Shown in pieces: positions 9,013 through 16,910 of a stretch of DNA of 64,000 nt (positions are counted from its first letter, which is position 1; each line of letters starts with the position of its first letter). Source of the stretch: a virus. A program made the translations under genes and the position numbers. The stretch lies in IMG/VR virus record IMGVR_UViG_3300045988_138952, positions 1 to 64,000 of that record, one strand, 5' to 3'. The notes below the pieces were generated by a model that ran no database searches, was not told where the DNA came from, and worked only from the letters and a program-made list of their open reading frames with translations.

Positions 9013-9996
9013 TTAACCCCAGTAGTTGTTACAACCACAACCGCTACGCCCATACATTGCATCACCGGCGTAAGCACCGAAAGCCGCAGCACGAGCTATC
9101 TCAGGGTTAAATGCTTGCAATTGCGGGTATGGCACTGCTACCGTAGGTGGCATCTTGCATTTTATTCCATCGACATCGGACTGCAATGCCTGCAAGCCTG
9201 CTGCCAAAGGAGCAATCTGTTGTCCTACTGAATTCAGGATAGTAGCATTCTGGTTACGTTGGGAGATTTCAGCGGTCAAAGTGGCTTTTTCTGCTGTAAG
9301 AGCCGCAATCTTGTCCTGCAATGCTTGGTTCTGCATAGCGTCCAACTTTGCAAGGATAGCATTGGTATTGGCGGTCGCACCGTCACGCAATGAAAGTGCA
9401 TTCTGATTGGCTGTGTTGACAAGCGCGTTGGTCTGATTGCACATCGCAAGCTGGTTCTCATAGCCCATTGTGGTAATGGCGTTCTGAGTCTTGCAGCAAC
9501 AATCTGCAATCTGAGTAAGAACAGCCTGATTTCCGGACTGGAATGCGTTGATGATTTGCTGGCTTGACATGCCCACCTGATTTCCTACATTGGCGATAAG
9601 TCCCTGGATGTTGCACAGGGCGCTCTGTAACTGTTGGGTAGAGCAGTTCAAAGAAGAAGCAAGCTGGTTGATGGCATTGCCATTGCCCTGAATGGCTGAC
9701 ATCAGGTATTCACGACCGACATCACCGTTAAGCTCGGCAGGCAGACCTCCACCATTGCCAAAGCGGTTGCCGAAGCCGTTACCGCCCCAACAGAACCACA
9801 AAAGGATAATCCAGATGAACCACCACGAGCCGCCCCATTGGTCTTGGCTGCCACGTCCCTGGTTCAGTAAAGCGAGAAGTCCGGGGTCTACACCCTTGCT
9901 TCCCATCAAGTTGGGCAACATAGCCATGATGTCAAATTTGCTTCCGCCACCATTTCCGTTGTTCCCGTCTTGGTTGAAGACATACGTTCTTTCCAT
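9013..9996 (-). CDS. membrane protein with Trp/Gly-rich TM segment and long Asn/Gln/Ala-rich, Cys-containing region
   Basis: WWFIWIILLWFCWGGNGFGN hydrophobic segment; CCCK and CGCNNYWG motifs. Confidence 0.6.
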   Translation of the reverse strand: MERTYVFNQDGNNGNGGGSKFDIMAMLPNLMGSKGVDPGLLALLNQGRGSQDQWGGSWWFIWIILLWFCWGGNGFGNRFGNGGGLPAELNGDVGREYLMSAIQGNGNAINQLASSLNCSTQQLQSALCNIQGLIANVGNQVGMSSQQIINAFQSGNQAVLTQIADCCCKTQNAITTMGYENQLAMCNQTNALVNTANQNALSLRDGATANTNAILAKLDAMQNQALQDKIAALTAEKATLTAEISQRNQNATILNSVGQQIAPLAAGLQALQSDVDGIKCKMPPTVAVPYPQLQAFNPEIARAAAFGAYAGDAMYGRSGCGCNNYWG

Positions 9997-10069
9997 AGAG
10001 ATTTATATTTTGTATTACGGTCAAAATCAACCGCATCACAAAAGTATAAATACGCAATCTGCCATGAAA

Positions 10070-10363
10070 TCAGTTGTTTCCCAACGCTTTCCTAATGTTT
10101 TCCCAATATATTCTCAACATTTTCCCGCCTTCCATGCGTTCTTGGAAATTGGAAATCATGTAGTTTATCGCGCGTTTGGTCTTGTGAATTTTAGGAGCTA
10201 TCTGTGAAGGATACATTCCCCTTTCGACAAGCAACTGTACAAGCAAATAGCGGGCGTCTACGGTTCCCGTATCCTTATCCGAAGATAGTATTCGGCTGGC
10301 GGGTATTTCGGTCTCCTGCGCCACGAGATTAATTGTTTCGGCAAAGATTTCTGACTTACACAT
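10070..10363 (-). CDS. DnaA C-terminal-domain-like HTH protein
   Basis: SRILSSDKDTGTVDARYLLVQLLVERGMYPSQIA resembles DnaA domain IV-type small phage proteins (from memory). Confidence 0.45.
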   Translation of the reverse strand: MCKSEIFAETINLVAQETEIPASRILSSDKDTGTVDARYLLVQLLVERGMYPSQIAPKIHKTKRAINYMISNFQERMEGGKMLRIYWENIRKALGNN

Positions 10364-10384
10364 AGTTTTTCTGAATTTTATATT

Positions 10385-10496
10385 TATCTTTGCCCTGCCA
10401 CATAAAATATTTGATTATATACGAACAAAGCATAAGATACCGTGTTGAAGATATTAAAGCCTCCAACGTGCGGTGTCTTATGCTTATCATGTTTTT
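10385..10496 (+). promoter_or_regulatory. TATCTTTG promoter box followed by long hairpin and T5 (possible short antisense or small RNA)
   Basis: Box 10385-10392; arms GCATAAGATACCGTG (10430-10444) and CGTGCGGTGTCTTATGC (10467-10483); T5 at 10492-10496. Confidence 0.35.
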
Positions 10497-10597
10497 ATGT
10501 GGCAATATTAACGTGAAACGTTGGGGGCTTTCTTTTTACTCTAAGCCCCCGAAAGAGTGTCAGCTACAAGCCAACTTCTACATCGTTAATTTCTTTT

Positions 10598-11059
10598 TTA
10601 CCATACAAATAGATTATAACTTATTCCTGCGCCTACGTACATGCCGCCCGGATACCCATACCCAGCCTGCAACCCTAATCCCCAACGCTTCTTCTTCGGT
10701 TTGATGGGAACCGGATGATAGATGTCATTTGTTACTGTCTGATAAACAGTTCTTGGATACACAGTCATACTATCCAGCCGTGGGGCTACATATCCGCTCA
10801 CCACCGCACGATACAAGCTATCTTCATACACAACCCGTTTGCGATGAAGCAGGGTATCACCTATACGCACTGTATCATTCGGCAATATCTGCCAAAAGAC
10901 CGCTATCGGTGCGGAGATAAGAACCGTATCAGTCTTGACAACCGTCTGTATCTTTGTTTCGGTACGGATTTCTGCCGGCAAAGGCTCGAGCGGGCGGAAC
11001 CACGCCGCCACACAAGCGATTGCCAGCAATACAACTAATAACCAGGGTAGTTTTTTCAT
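10598..11059 (-). CDS. signal-anchored or lipoprotein-like protein, possible lysis accessory (spanin-like)
   Basis: N-terminal MKKLPWLLVVLLAIAC; Gly/Tyr-rich C-terminus; adjacent to a small two-TM ORF. Confidence 0.45.
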   Translation of the reverse strand: MKKLPWLLVVLLAIACVAAWFRPLEPLPAEIRTETKIQTVVKTDTVLISAPIAVFWQILPNDTVRIGDTLLHRKRVVYEDSLYRAVVSGYVAPRLDSMTVYPRTVYQTVTNDIYHPVPIKPKKKRWGLGLQAGYGYPGGMYVGAGISYNLFVW

Positions 11060-11262
11060 AACTTCAACAAATAATGATTAACAACCATGCCTGCACATAT
11101 TGCGACAGCTCCACACAGCAAGTCTGCTTTGTTCCATTTGCCGTTATAGTAGTGGCAACGGTCGCTGTTCTCCTTGATAAAGAGCATCAGTAGTGCAGTG
11201 CTGCCACCGAATACTATAGCGGTGGATAGATAGACCACCGCACCTAAGATGTTATTTCTCAT
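11056..11262 (-). CDS. small two-TM membrane protein (68 aa), holin-like
   Basis: Internal ATG 11262 of track ORF 11056-11451; two hydrophobic helices; ATGA-type overlap with downstream gene. Confidence 0.45.
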   Translation of the reverse strand: MRNNILGAVVYLSTAIVFGGSTALLMLFIKENSDRCHYYNGKWNKADLLCGAVAICAGMVVNHYLLKL

Positions 11263-11332
11263 AACAATTAGTATATTTATGATATTAATTTCATCCCGGA
11301 CTGTGAAGTGCCGGGATGAATTTGTGTTAACC

Positions 11333-13690
11333 TCATTGGAAAGTAGGATCAACCCCATTATCCAACACTTCAATACTAACTTCAAGACCGCTTGTGTTTT
11401 CTGCGACTGAAATCGTATTAGTCCACTTTCTCGGCACATCACTTTCCACAATCAAATGGTCTCCCATATTAATCATCGTATGACAAGTCAAATGTATGGA
11501 TGCAAGTGCGGTACATATATCCTGTACAGACATATCGTCAGTAGTGGCCACACTCCACGGCTTATTGGTGTATGAGATACCTTCTACCTCATTGTCTATA
11601 TTTTCGCTTCTGAATAATGTAGTGGTATACTCTTTCAGAGTAATAACTCCATTGGTAGGAGAGCCTGTAAAAGAGATTTTTATTTTTTCCCTGGTGCCAT
11701 AATCAGTGCACACCTTAACCCCTTCATCGAAATAAGCACTCCCGACAAACGGGAATACAGGCTTAATCATAGATATATTATTTCTCCAGGTTTTAAGCAG
11801 AGAAGTATATTGCGTATTAGTATCAACGACGACAAGCAGCCCTTTGTCTGCATAATCTTTGATGGCATTTAAAATCCTCTCTCTGTCTGTCGTAGTAGCG
11901 GTATCATGGGCATACAGAGCAAGATGCTTTTTATACTTGACCGCTTCATCAAGTAAAGACAATGAATAATCTGCCAACTCTGCATTATCCATTCCGTGCC
12001 TTGGGATATACCATCTATTAGTGCTGGCAGTGATAAACCTGGCTTCACCGTTGAAATACCTCTGGCTGATTGTTCCGATGGAATAATTATAATACTTGGA
12101 TAATATTACAGCACTATGGGCATCCATATAATTCTCAGGAGGACACCAACCCTCGGTTTTCAGCCCTTGAGAAATAAAGTATTCTTTGGCCGATTTGATT
12201 GTATCTTCAAACTCAGCATCACTGAAGTTATTGCTACCTTTATGTGTGGCCCAGCCATGAGCAATAAAACCATTCCCGGCTTGTATTAACGACTTGAATT
12301 TCTCCTTGTCCTGGATAGACCTGTTTTTATATATAAAGGCATTAAGGCAACAGGTAATTGGAATACCCATTGGATTCGCCACGTCACACCAGGAAAAAAA
12401 GGCATCAATGTAATCCAGCATTATACTGACTGATGCTGTTTCTTGTACTGTCGGTATGTGCGTGTCTAATTTGTTTAACAACTTTATCTCTTTATTGGTC
12501 TCTTCTATTTTTTCATCAATAGTTGGAAAAGTGTATGATATAGATACAGTTGCATCCAAATCATATCCCTTATAAATTATATAAGGATAGTCAGATGGTG
12601 ACGGCGCAACAATCTGTTTGCTGCCTGATTCAACCTTTTTACTTCTGTATATCTCTTGTACCCCATCCGTTTTATTATCACTTGACTTGCTGAAATAAAC
12701 CTCAGTCCAAGTTGCTTTAGTATTAGCATAGTCAACATTCAAGGTACTGTTGTCAGGAAATGTATTCTCTAATGACTGAAACTGCATCTTAAATGGATAT
12801 ATATCAACATTTATCTCTTTGCCGCCAATACTATCCTGTATGTCAGAGATAATTTGGCTCTGCTCTTCTATTTTCTGATTAACATTTTCATAAACCTTAT
12901 TGATGTCGTCAAATATGTTTTTATTCTCACCGGCAGATATTGTCGTTTTAATGCTGCTGTCATCTGCTGCCTTAAAAAGTATATATGGATATTCTGACCT
13001 GTTAGGAGCTTTACCTGTTTTACTAATAGTTTCATGATTCATCCCTTTAACGACAAAATCAAGATAGAAGTATTGTTGGCCTTGATATGGAGATACAGAC
13101 GAGAACGCCAAGAATATAGTTTGCTTATTCGGGTTATCAATGTGAATGGTACAATCTTTCCCTTCGGGGAAAATATTCTCAAGGGATTGCCAAACTGCTG
13201 ATGAAGACAGTTCTAATGTTATCTCTTTGTCGTAAGTTCCATCTGTATCAATCTTATCGGCGTTTAAGTTGAATATATCGTTGTCAATTCGTTCAATCAT
13301 TGCCTGATTGGGTATTTGCTTCCAGCTGCCGATATTTGTAAACGTCCCGTCCTGGAACTCCCACGTTTCTACCTTGCCGTCCGAATTGATGAATGACACC
13401 TTCAGTCCGATGTTTCTAAGTTCCTGCGGGACTTGGGCTATAGCGCCTTCCAGACTGTACTTGTTACTCCCGCCAATTCCCGAAGTAGGATGCTGGACGG
13501 AAACATTATACTCGGTGATGTAGTTCATATAGTCAGTGTTGCCACCAGTGCCACCACCAGTGCCGATGTATTCCTTCAATGTAGCGGTACTCATTGAGCC
13601 ATTGCTACTACCTTGCTGAAAAGGTATCAGCTCGTTTCCTGTTAAGTTCTCCTTTTGAGGGAGTTCTCCTATTTGTAATCCTTCTGCCAT
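11333..13690 (-). CDS. tail fibre / receptor-binding protein with internal duplicated domain and possible carbohydrate-esterase-like C-terminal half
   Basis: N-terminal LQIGELPQKENLTGNELIPFQQG fibre-type start. Duplicated 115-135 aa modules (SLENIFPEG..EYPYILFK and SLENTFPDN..DYPYIIYK). HGWATH, RWYIPRHG and LALYAHD motifs are reminiscent of the NodB/CE4 fold (tentative). Confidence 0.7.
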   Translation of the reverse strand: MAEGLQIGELPQKENLTGNELIPFQQGSSNGSMSTATLKEYIGTGGGTGGNTDYMNYITEYNVSVQHPTSGIGGSNKYSLEGAIAQVPQELRNIGLKVSFINSDGKVETWEFQDGTFTNIGSWKQIPNQAMIERIDNDIFNLNADKIDTDGTYDKEITLELSSSAVWQSLENIFPEGKDCTIHIDNPNKQTIFLAFSSVSPYQGQQYFYLDFVVKGMNHETISKTGKAPNRSEYPYILFKAADDSSIKTTISAGENKNIFDDINKVYENVNQKIEEQSQIISDIQDSIGGKEINVDIYPFKMQFQSLENTFPDNSTLNVDYANTKATWTEVYFSKSSDNKTDGVQEIYRSKKVESGSKQIVAPSPSDYPYIIYKGYDLDATVSISYTFPTIDEKIEETNKEIKLLNKLDTHIPTVQETASVSIMLDYIDAFFSWCDVANPMGIPITCCLNAFIYKNRSIQDKEKFKSLIQAGNGFIAHGWATHKGSNNFSDAEFEDTIKSAKEYFISQGLKTEGWCPPENYMDAHSAVILSKYYNYSIGTISQRYFNGEARFITASTNRWYIPRHGMDNAELADYSLSLLDEAVKYKKHLALYAHDTATTTDRERILNAIKDYADKGLLVVVDTNTQYTSLLKTWRNNISMIKPVFPFVGSAYFDEGVKVCTDYGTREKIKISFTGSPTNGVITLKEYTTTLFRSENIDNEVEGISYTNKPWSVATTDDMSVQDICTALASIHLTCHTMINMGDHLIVESDVPRKWTNTISVAENTSGLEVSIEVLDNGVDPTFQ

Positions 13691-13711
13691 ATCTTTTTAT
13701 TTTTTATCATT

Positions 13712-13918
13712 TTATTTTTTGTTATCTGCAAGTAATATCGGCTCTTCGTTAGCCAACAATAACGGAGTGCCATCCGATAATAATAAATACCTTCCATCAG
13801 GGGATGGGTTTGGTCCCGGTTTATTATCCTTGATATATGAATACCCTATAGTAAGTATACCGATAGTAGGAATACCGATTGTCGGGATGCTGATGTTGGG
13901 GATAGTGATTGGGTTCAT
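13712..13918 (-). CDS. small hypothetical protein with IPTIG repeats
   Basis: Track ORF between two structural genes. Confidence 0.4.
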   Translation of the reverse strand: MNPITIPNISIPTIGIPTIGILTIGYSYIKDNKPGPNPSPDGRYLLLSDGTPLLLANEEPILLADNKK

Positions 13919-13921
13919 AGG

Positions 13922-14212
13922 CTATCCCTCTTTAATCATTTTGGCTTCCAATACTTCGGTAGCGCTCTTGATTGTGACGTTTATGCCATTCGCTATCCCT
14001 GCGATACGGAAAATCGTATTGGACGCACCGTTATATTGGGATGCGTTGGGATAAAGAGGGGCGGGCTCCAAATCATCAATTCCTGCGAAAGCGGTCACAT
14101 ATCCGCCCTTGTTCTTTATCTGTATGGTAACGGGATTACCGTCACTGACAAACGTTGCGTAATACGCTGTTTTGCCTTCTTCTTGTTGAAATGATAAAAC
14201 TTCTGCTGCCAT
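13922..14212 (-). CDS. hypothetical protein (96 aa)
   Basis: Track ORF. Confidence 0.5.
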   Translation of the reverse strand: MAAEVLSFQQEEGKTAYYATFVSDGNPVTIQIKNKGGYVTAFAGIDDLEPAPLYPNASQYNGASNTIFRIAGIANGINVTIKSATEVLEAKMIKEG

Positions 14213-14224
14213 GATGTTTACTTT

Positions 14225-14659
14225 TTAGAGTTTCAATACTTGGTTTCTGTTTCCTTCTCTTCGGTGACTGACGTGTACCCATGAGAAGTTTTTCTCATCA
14301 ATAACCTGGTCAAAGGGAAGTTTCAATTCTTGTATAAGATTAAACAGTCTTTTGTTCTCTTTCGGGGTATTTGGAGTACCGACAATATCGGCAGCACATC
14401 CGTTCATGTGGTCGCTCGTTTTAGAGCCGCCTACTGCTTTATTAAGAGCAGGGCAACGGTATCCGCTTGTCACTGTGATAGGTTTTCCGTAAGCCTCTCT
14501 TAACGGGTCGAGGACATTGTCAACCAACGCTTGTGCATTGGGAAGCAGTTCTTGCGGCAATCTGTTATCTATAGCTTTCTTATCAGCCGTTTCGCTTTTA
14601 ACCAGTTCTGCAATTGTAAAGTATCTCATGTTATTTCTCTTTTCTAAAATATTTGTCAT
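14225..14659 (-). CDS. endolysin, peptidase M15 (VanY / L-Ala-D-Glu peptidase type)
   Basis: SGYRCPALNKAVGGSKTSDHMNGCAADI and WVHVSH zinc-ligand motifs. Confidence 0.85.
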   Translation of the reverse strand: MTNILEKRNNMRYFTIAELVKSETADKKAIDNRLPQELLPNAQALVDNVLDPLREAYGKPITVTSGYRCPALNKAVGGSKTSDHMNGCAADIVGTPNTPKENKRLFNLIQELKLPFDQVIDEKNFSWVHVSHRREGNRNQVLKL

Positions 14660-14810
14660 AAACTAAACGAGCCACCCATCCGGCAACAACACCGACACCG
14701 AATGATACAACAGTAGTCAGGTTCACCCAAAACGGTGTGTAGTGCATGTAAAGCATAACTCCCACGATGATAGCGATAACAATCGCTGCGATAATCAGTT
14801 TCTTTTTCAT
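14631..14810 (-). CDS. holin-like two-TM protein (59 aa, below track cutoff)
   Basis: Hand translation MKKKLIIAAIVIAIIVGVMLYMHYTPFWVNLTTVVSFGVGVVAGWVARLVYDKYFRKEK; overlaps the endolysin start. Confidence 0.5.
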   Translation of the reverse strand: MKKKLIIAAIVIAIIVGVMLYMHYTPFWVNLTTVVSFGVGVVAGWVARLVYDKYFRKEK

Positions 14811-14821
14811 TTTGTTACTCC

Positions 14822-15469
14822 TTATCTTTCATTCAAATTGTGATAAAATTCTAATCTTATATTCGCATAGACCGACTCTACATTCGTGTATGTCCTCCCG
14901 TTGTTCGCTCCGTTTTCATTGTAAATCTCCGCTTCAACGGCTTTGGCAACCTGTTCTATCCATTTCCTTTCCGTGTATTCGGAAAGCCTGTTCCCACGAT
15001 ACGAAAAGCAGTCAAGTTTTGAATTCCTGTCCTCGTGTATGTTTGTAAGCAATGTACGTATCTTTCTTGCAGTAGCTTCCTTGTCTGATATATGGTTTTC
15101 TTCACGCACTTTCTTGATAATACGGCACACCTTCTCAACGGAAAGGTCGAAGAATACATTGCTTAGCGTTTTTATACGCAGCTGCGTTTCGGGCATGAGA
15201 CTTTCCGATAGCACGTTCAACCGCTCGTTCTGCGCGCGGGTTTCTTCCAATAGCTGCCTCATGGTGTCCTTATAGTCTTGGTTTATCTCTTTCTGTGATG
15301 TCATAAGCTGGTTTACCATATTCATAAACCAACGGAAACACGCCACCATCAACAAGGCTGATAACACAAGGAAAAAACCTGCGGTTATAGCCATCATTCC
15401 GAAATCACTAATACCCTTTCCTGTTTGAAGGGCTGCATTTACAACTTCTGTGTCCATGTTATCGTTCAT
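14822..15469 (-). CDS. membrane-anchored coiled-coil protein (215 aa)
   Basis: One TM (MMAITAGFFLVLSALLMVACF) then charged helical region. Confidence 0.55.
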   Translation of the reverse strand: MNDNMDTEVVNAALQTGKGISDFGMMAITAGFFLVLSALLMVACFRWFMNMVNQLMTSQKEINQDYKDTMRQLLEETRAQNERLNVLSESLMPETQLRIKTLSNVFFDLSVEKVCRIIKKVREENHISDKEATARKIRTLLTNIHEDRNSKLDCFSYRGNRLSEYTERKWIEQVAKAVEAEIYNENGANNGRTYTNVESVYANIRLEFYHNLNER

Positions 15470-15555
15470 TTGTCAATTATTCATATCTTTGTGTCTCTTA
15501 TCAAATAAGCGAACTACTGTCATTCCGTTTTGCTCGTGAGAGTAGGACGGGATTT

Positions 15556-16017
15556 TCATATCTTGCCGTAATATCTGAACCATGCGCCCCACTTTCGCTC
15601 TTTCAGATAGTTCGGATTATCCTGGTTGAGTTTGGCTTCCATTTCAAAGGCGCTTGCATAATAGGCATTGGCGTTCACTTTCCCATCACCGATTTGTTTG
15701 TCCTTGAACAAATGATATATAAAACTGATAAACCATTCCACACCGTACATTATATAGTACAAGGTGGGAATAAGAAGCATCCACCACCAGCTCACATACA
15801 GAGAAAGGAAAACCGCCGGTATCGTAGCAATTTCCATACATTCCTTGAACTGGAGCTGATGAATACGCTCCTCACGTTGTGCCTCAATAGGCAAACTTGC
15901 ATGTTTGGTAATGATGAAACCAAAGAACATCATCGTACCGTAGTTCTTGAACAGAATGGCTTTAGCGAGCCAATTCTCATAAAATACTTTTACTCTCATA
16001 ATCAAAAAAGTAAACAC
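15556..16017 (-). CDS. multi-pass membrane protein (153 aa)
   Basis: Track ORF with several hydrophobic segments. Confidence 0.5.
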   Translation of the reverse strand: MFTFLIMRVKVFYENWLAKAILFKNYGTMMFFGFIITKHASLPIEAQREERIHQLQFKECMEIATIPAVFLSLYVSWWWMLLIPTLYYIMYGVEWFISFIYHLFKDKQIGDGKVNANAYYASAFEMEAKLNQDNPNYLKERKWGAWFRYYGKI

Positions 16018-16043
16018 TTTGTTATTTTATTAATATTATTGTT

Positions 16044-16504
16044 TTACGCATTCATTAGAACACAAACCAAACCGAAAATCCCTGTACTATCTGCAATATC
16101 AAATACACTATCGCCATTATTAACGACAGAATCAGTTATTTCTATAACAAAATTATTGGCTACAGACTCCTTTTTTGTAATAGCTCTTATTGGAGTATTA
16201 TCTTCATTAAAAAGACTAATAGCAGTAGGTGCTCTAAATGAATACCATTCGATATGTTGTTTTTTTATTTCAGTTCTTACTGAATCTCGATATAAATAAA
16301 TAGGGATACTACTAAGATTGCAAATAAGAACAAGTTGTACATTAATTTCTTTATGTACTAAATCATCTGCAAATTTGATATTATCAACAAGTTGTTTAAT
16401 ATCAAATTCTTTGCCAGCAATAAGTTGATTTCCAATACGAATACTCGTATTACTTATACCTACTCTTACCCCCCCCCGTTAATATCTTTCGTATCTTTAT
16501 CCAT
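16044..16504 (-). CDS. hypothetical protein requiring a -1 shift (or G10) at a G9 tract; OFF as assembled
   Basis: ATG 16504, 12 codons, G9, TAA at 16468-16466. The -1 frame from 16469 is open for 141 codons to stop 16046-16044. Confidence 0.5.
16469..16477 (-). repeat. G9 homopolymer (C9 on plus strand) followed directly by 0-frame TAA
   Basis: Counted directly: ..gatattaac GGGGGGGGG taagag.. Confidence 0.95.
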
Positions 16505-16515
16505 ATCAATTGTAT

Positions 16516-16898
16516 TTATTTCTTTATTACTAAAACTAAATAAGAACCATAACCAGTAAAATTAAATAATACATTATTTGCTTTTGCTGTAATAGTATCA
16601 TTAGCTTCTCCGTTATCGGCATCACCAAAACGAAAATCATATACAATATCTGTATTAGTAGTTATTTTCCAATTGGAATAACTATATAAAAAGGAAATAC
16701 TATTTGAAGCAACATTAACTGTATTATTATCTATATTAAAAGATTTAGTTTCTTGCGAATTATTAACTATAATACACGCAGAACCAGGGTCATTAAAGAA
16801 ACCATCTTCATAATTAACTGTTACCCCCCCCCTAATATCTCAGTATTACCAATAAACAATCCTGCATTATTAGAACCAACTTTTAAATTACTATCCAT
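16516..16898 (-). CDS. hypothetical protein requiring a -1 shift (or G10) at a G9 tract; OFF as assembled
   Basis: ATG 16898, 25 codons, G9, TAA at 16823-16821. The -1 frame from 16824 is open for 102 codons to stop 16518-16516. Confidence 0.5.
16824..16832 (-). repeat. G9 homopolymer (C9 on plus strand) followed directly by 0-frame TAA
   Basis: Counted directly: ..gagatatta GGGGGGGGG taacag.. Confidence 0.95.
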
Positions 16899-16910
16899 AT
16901 CTTTAAGTTT

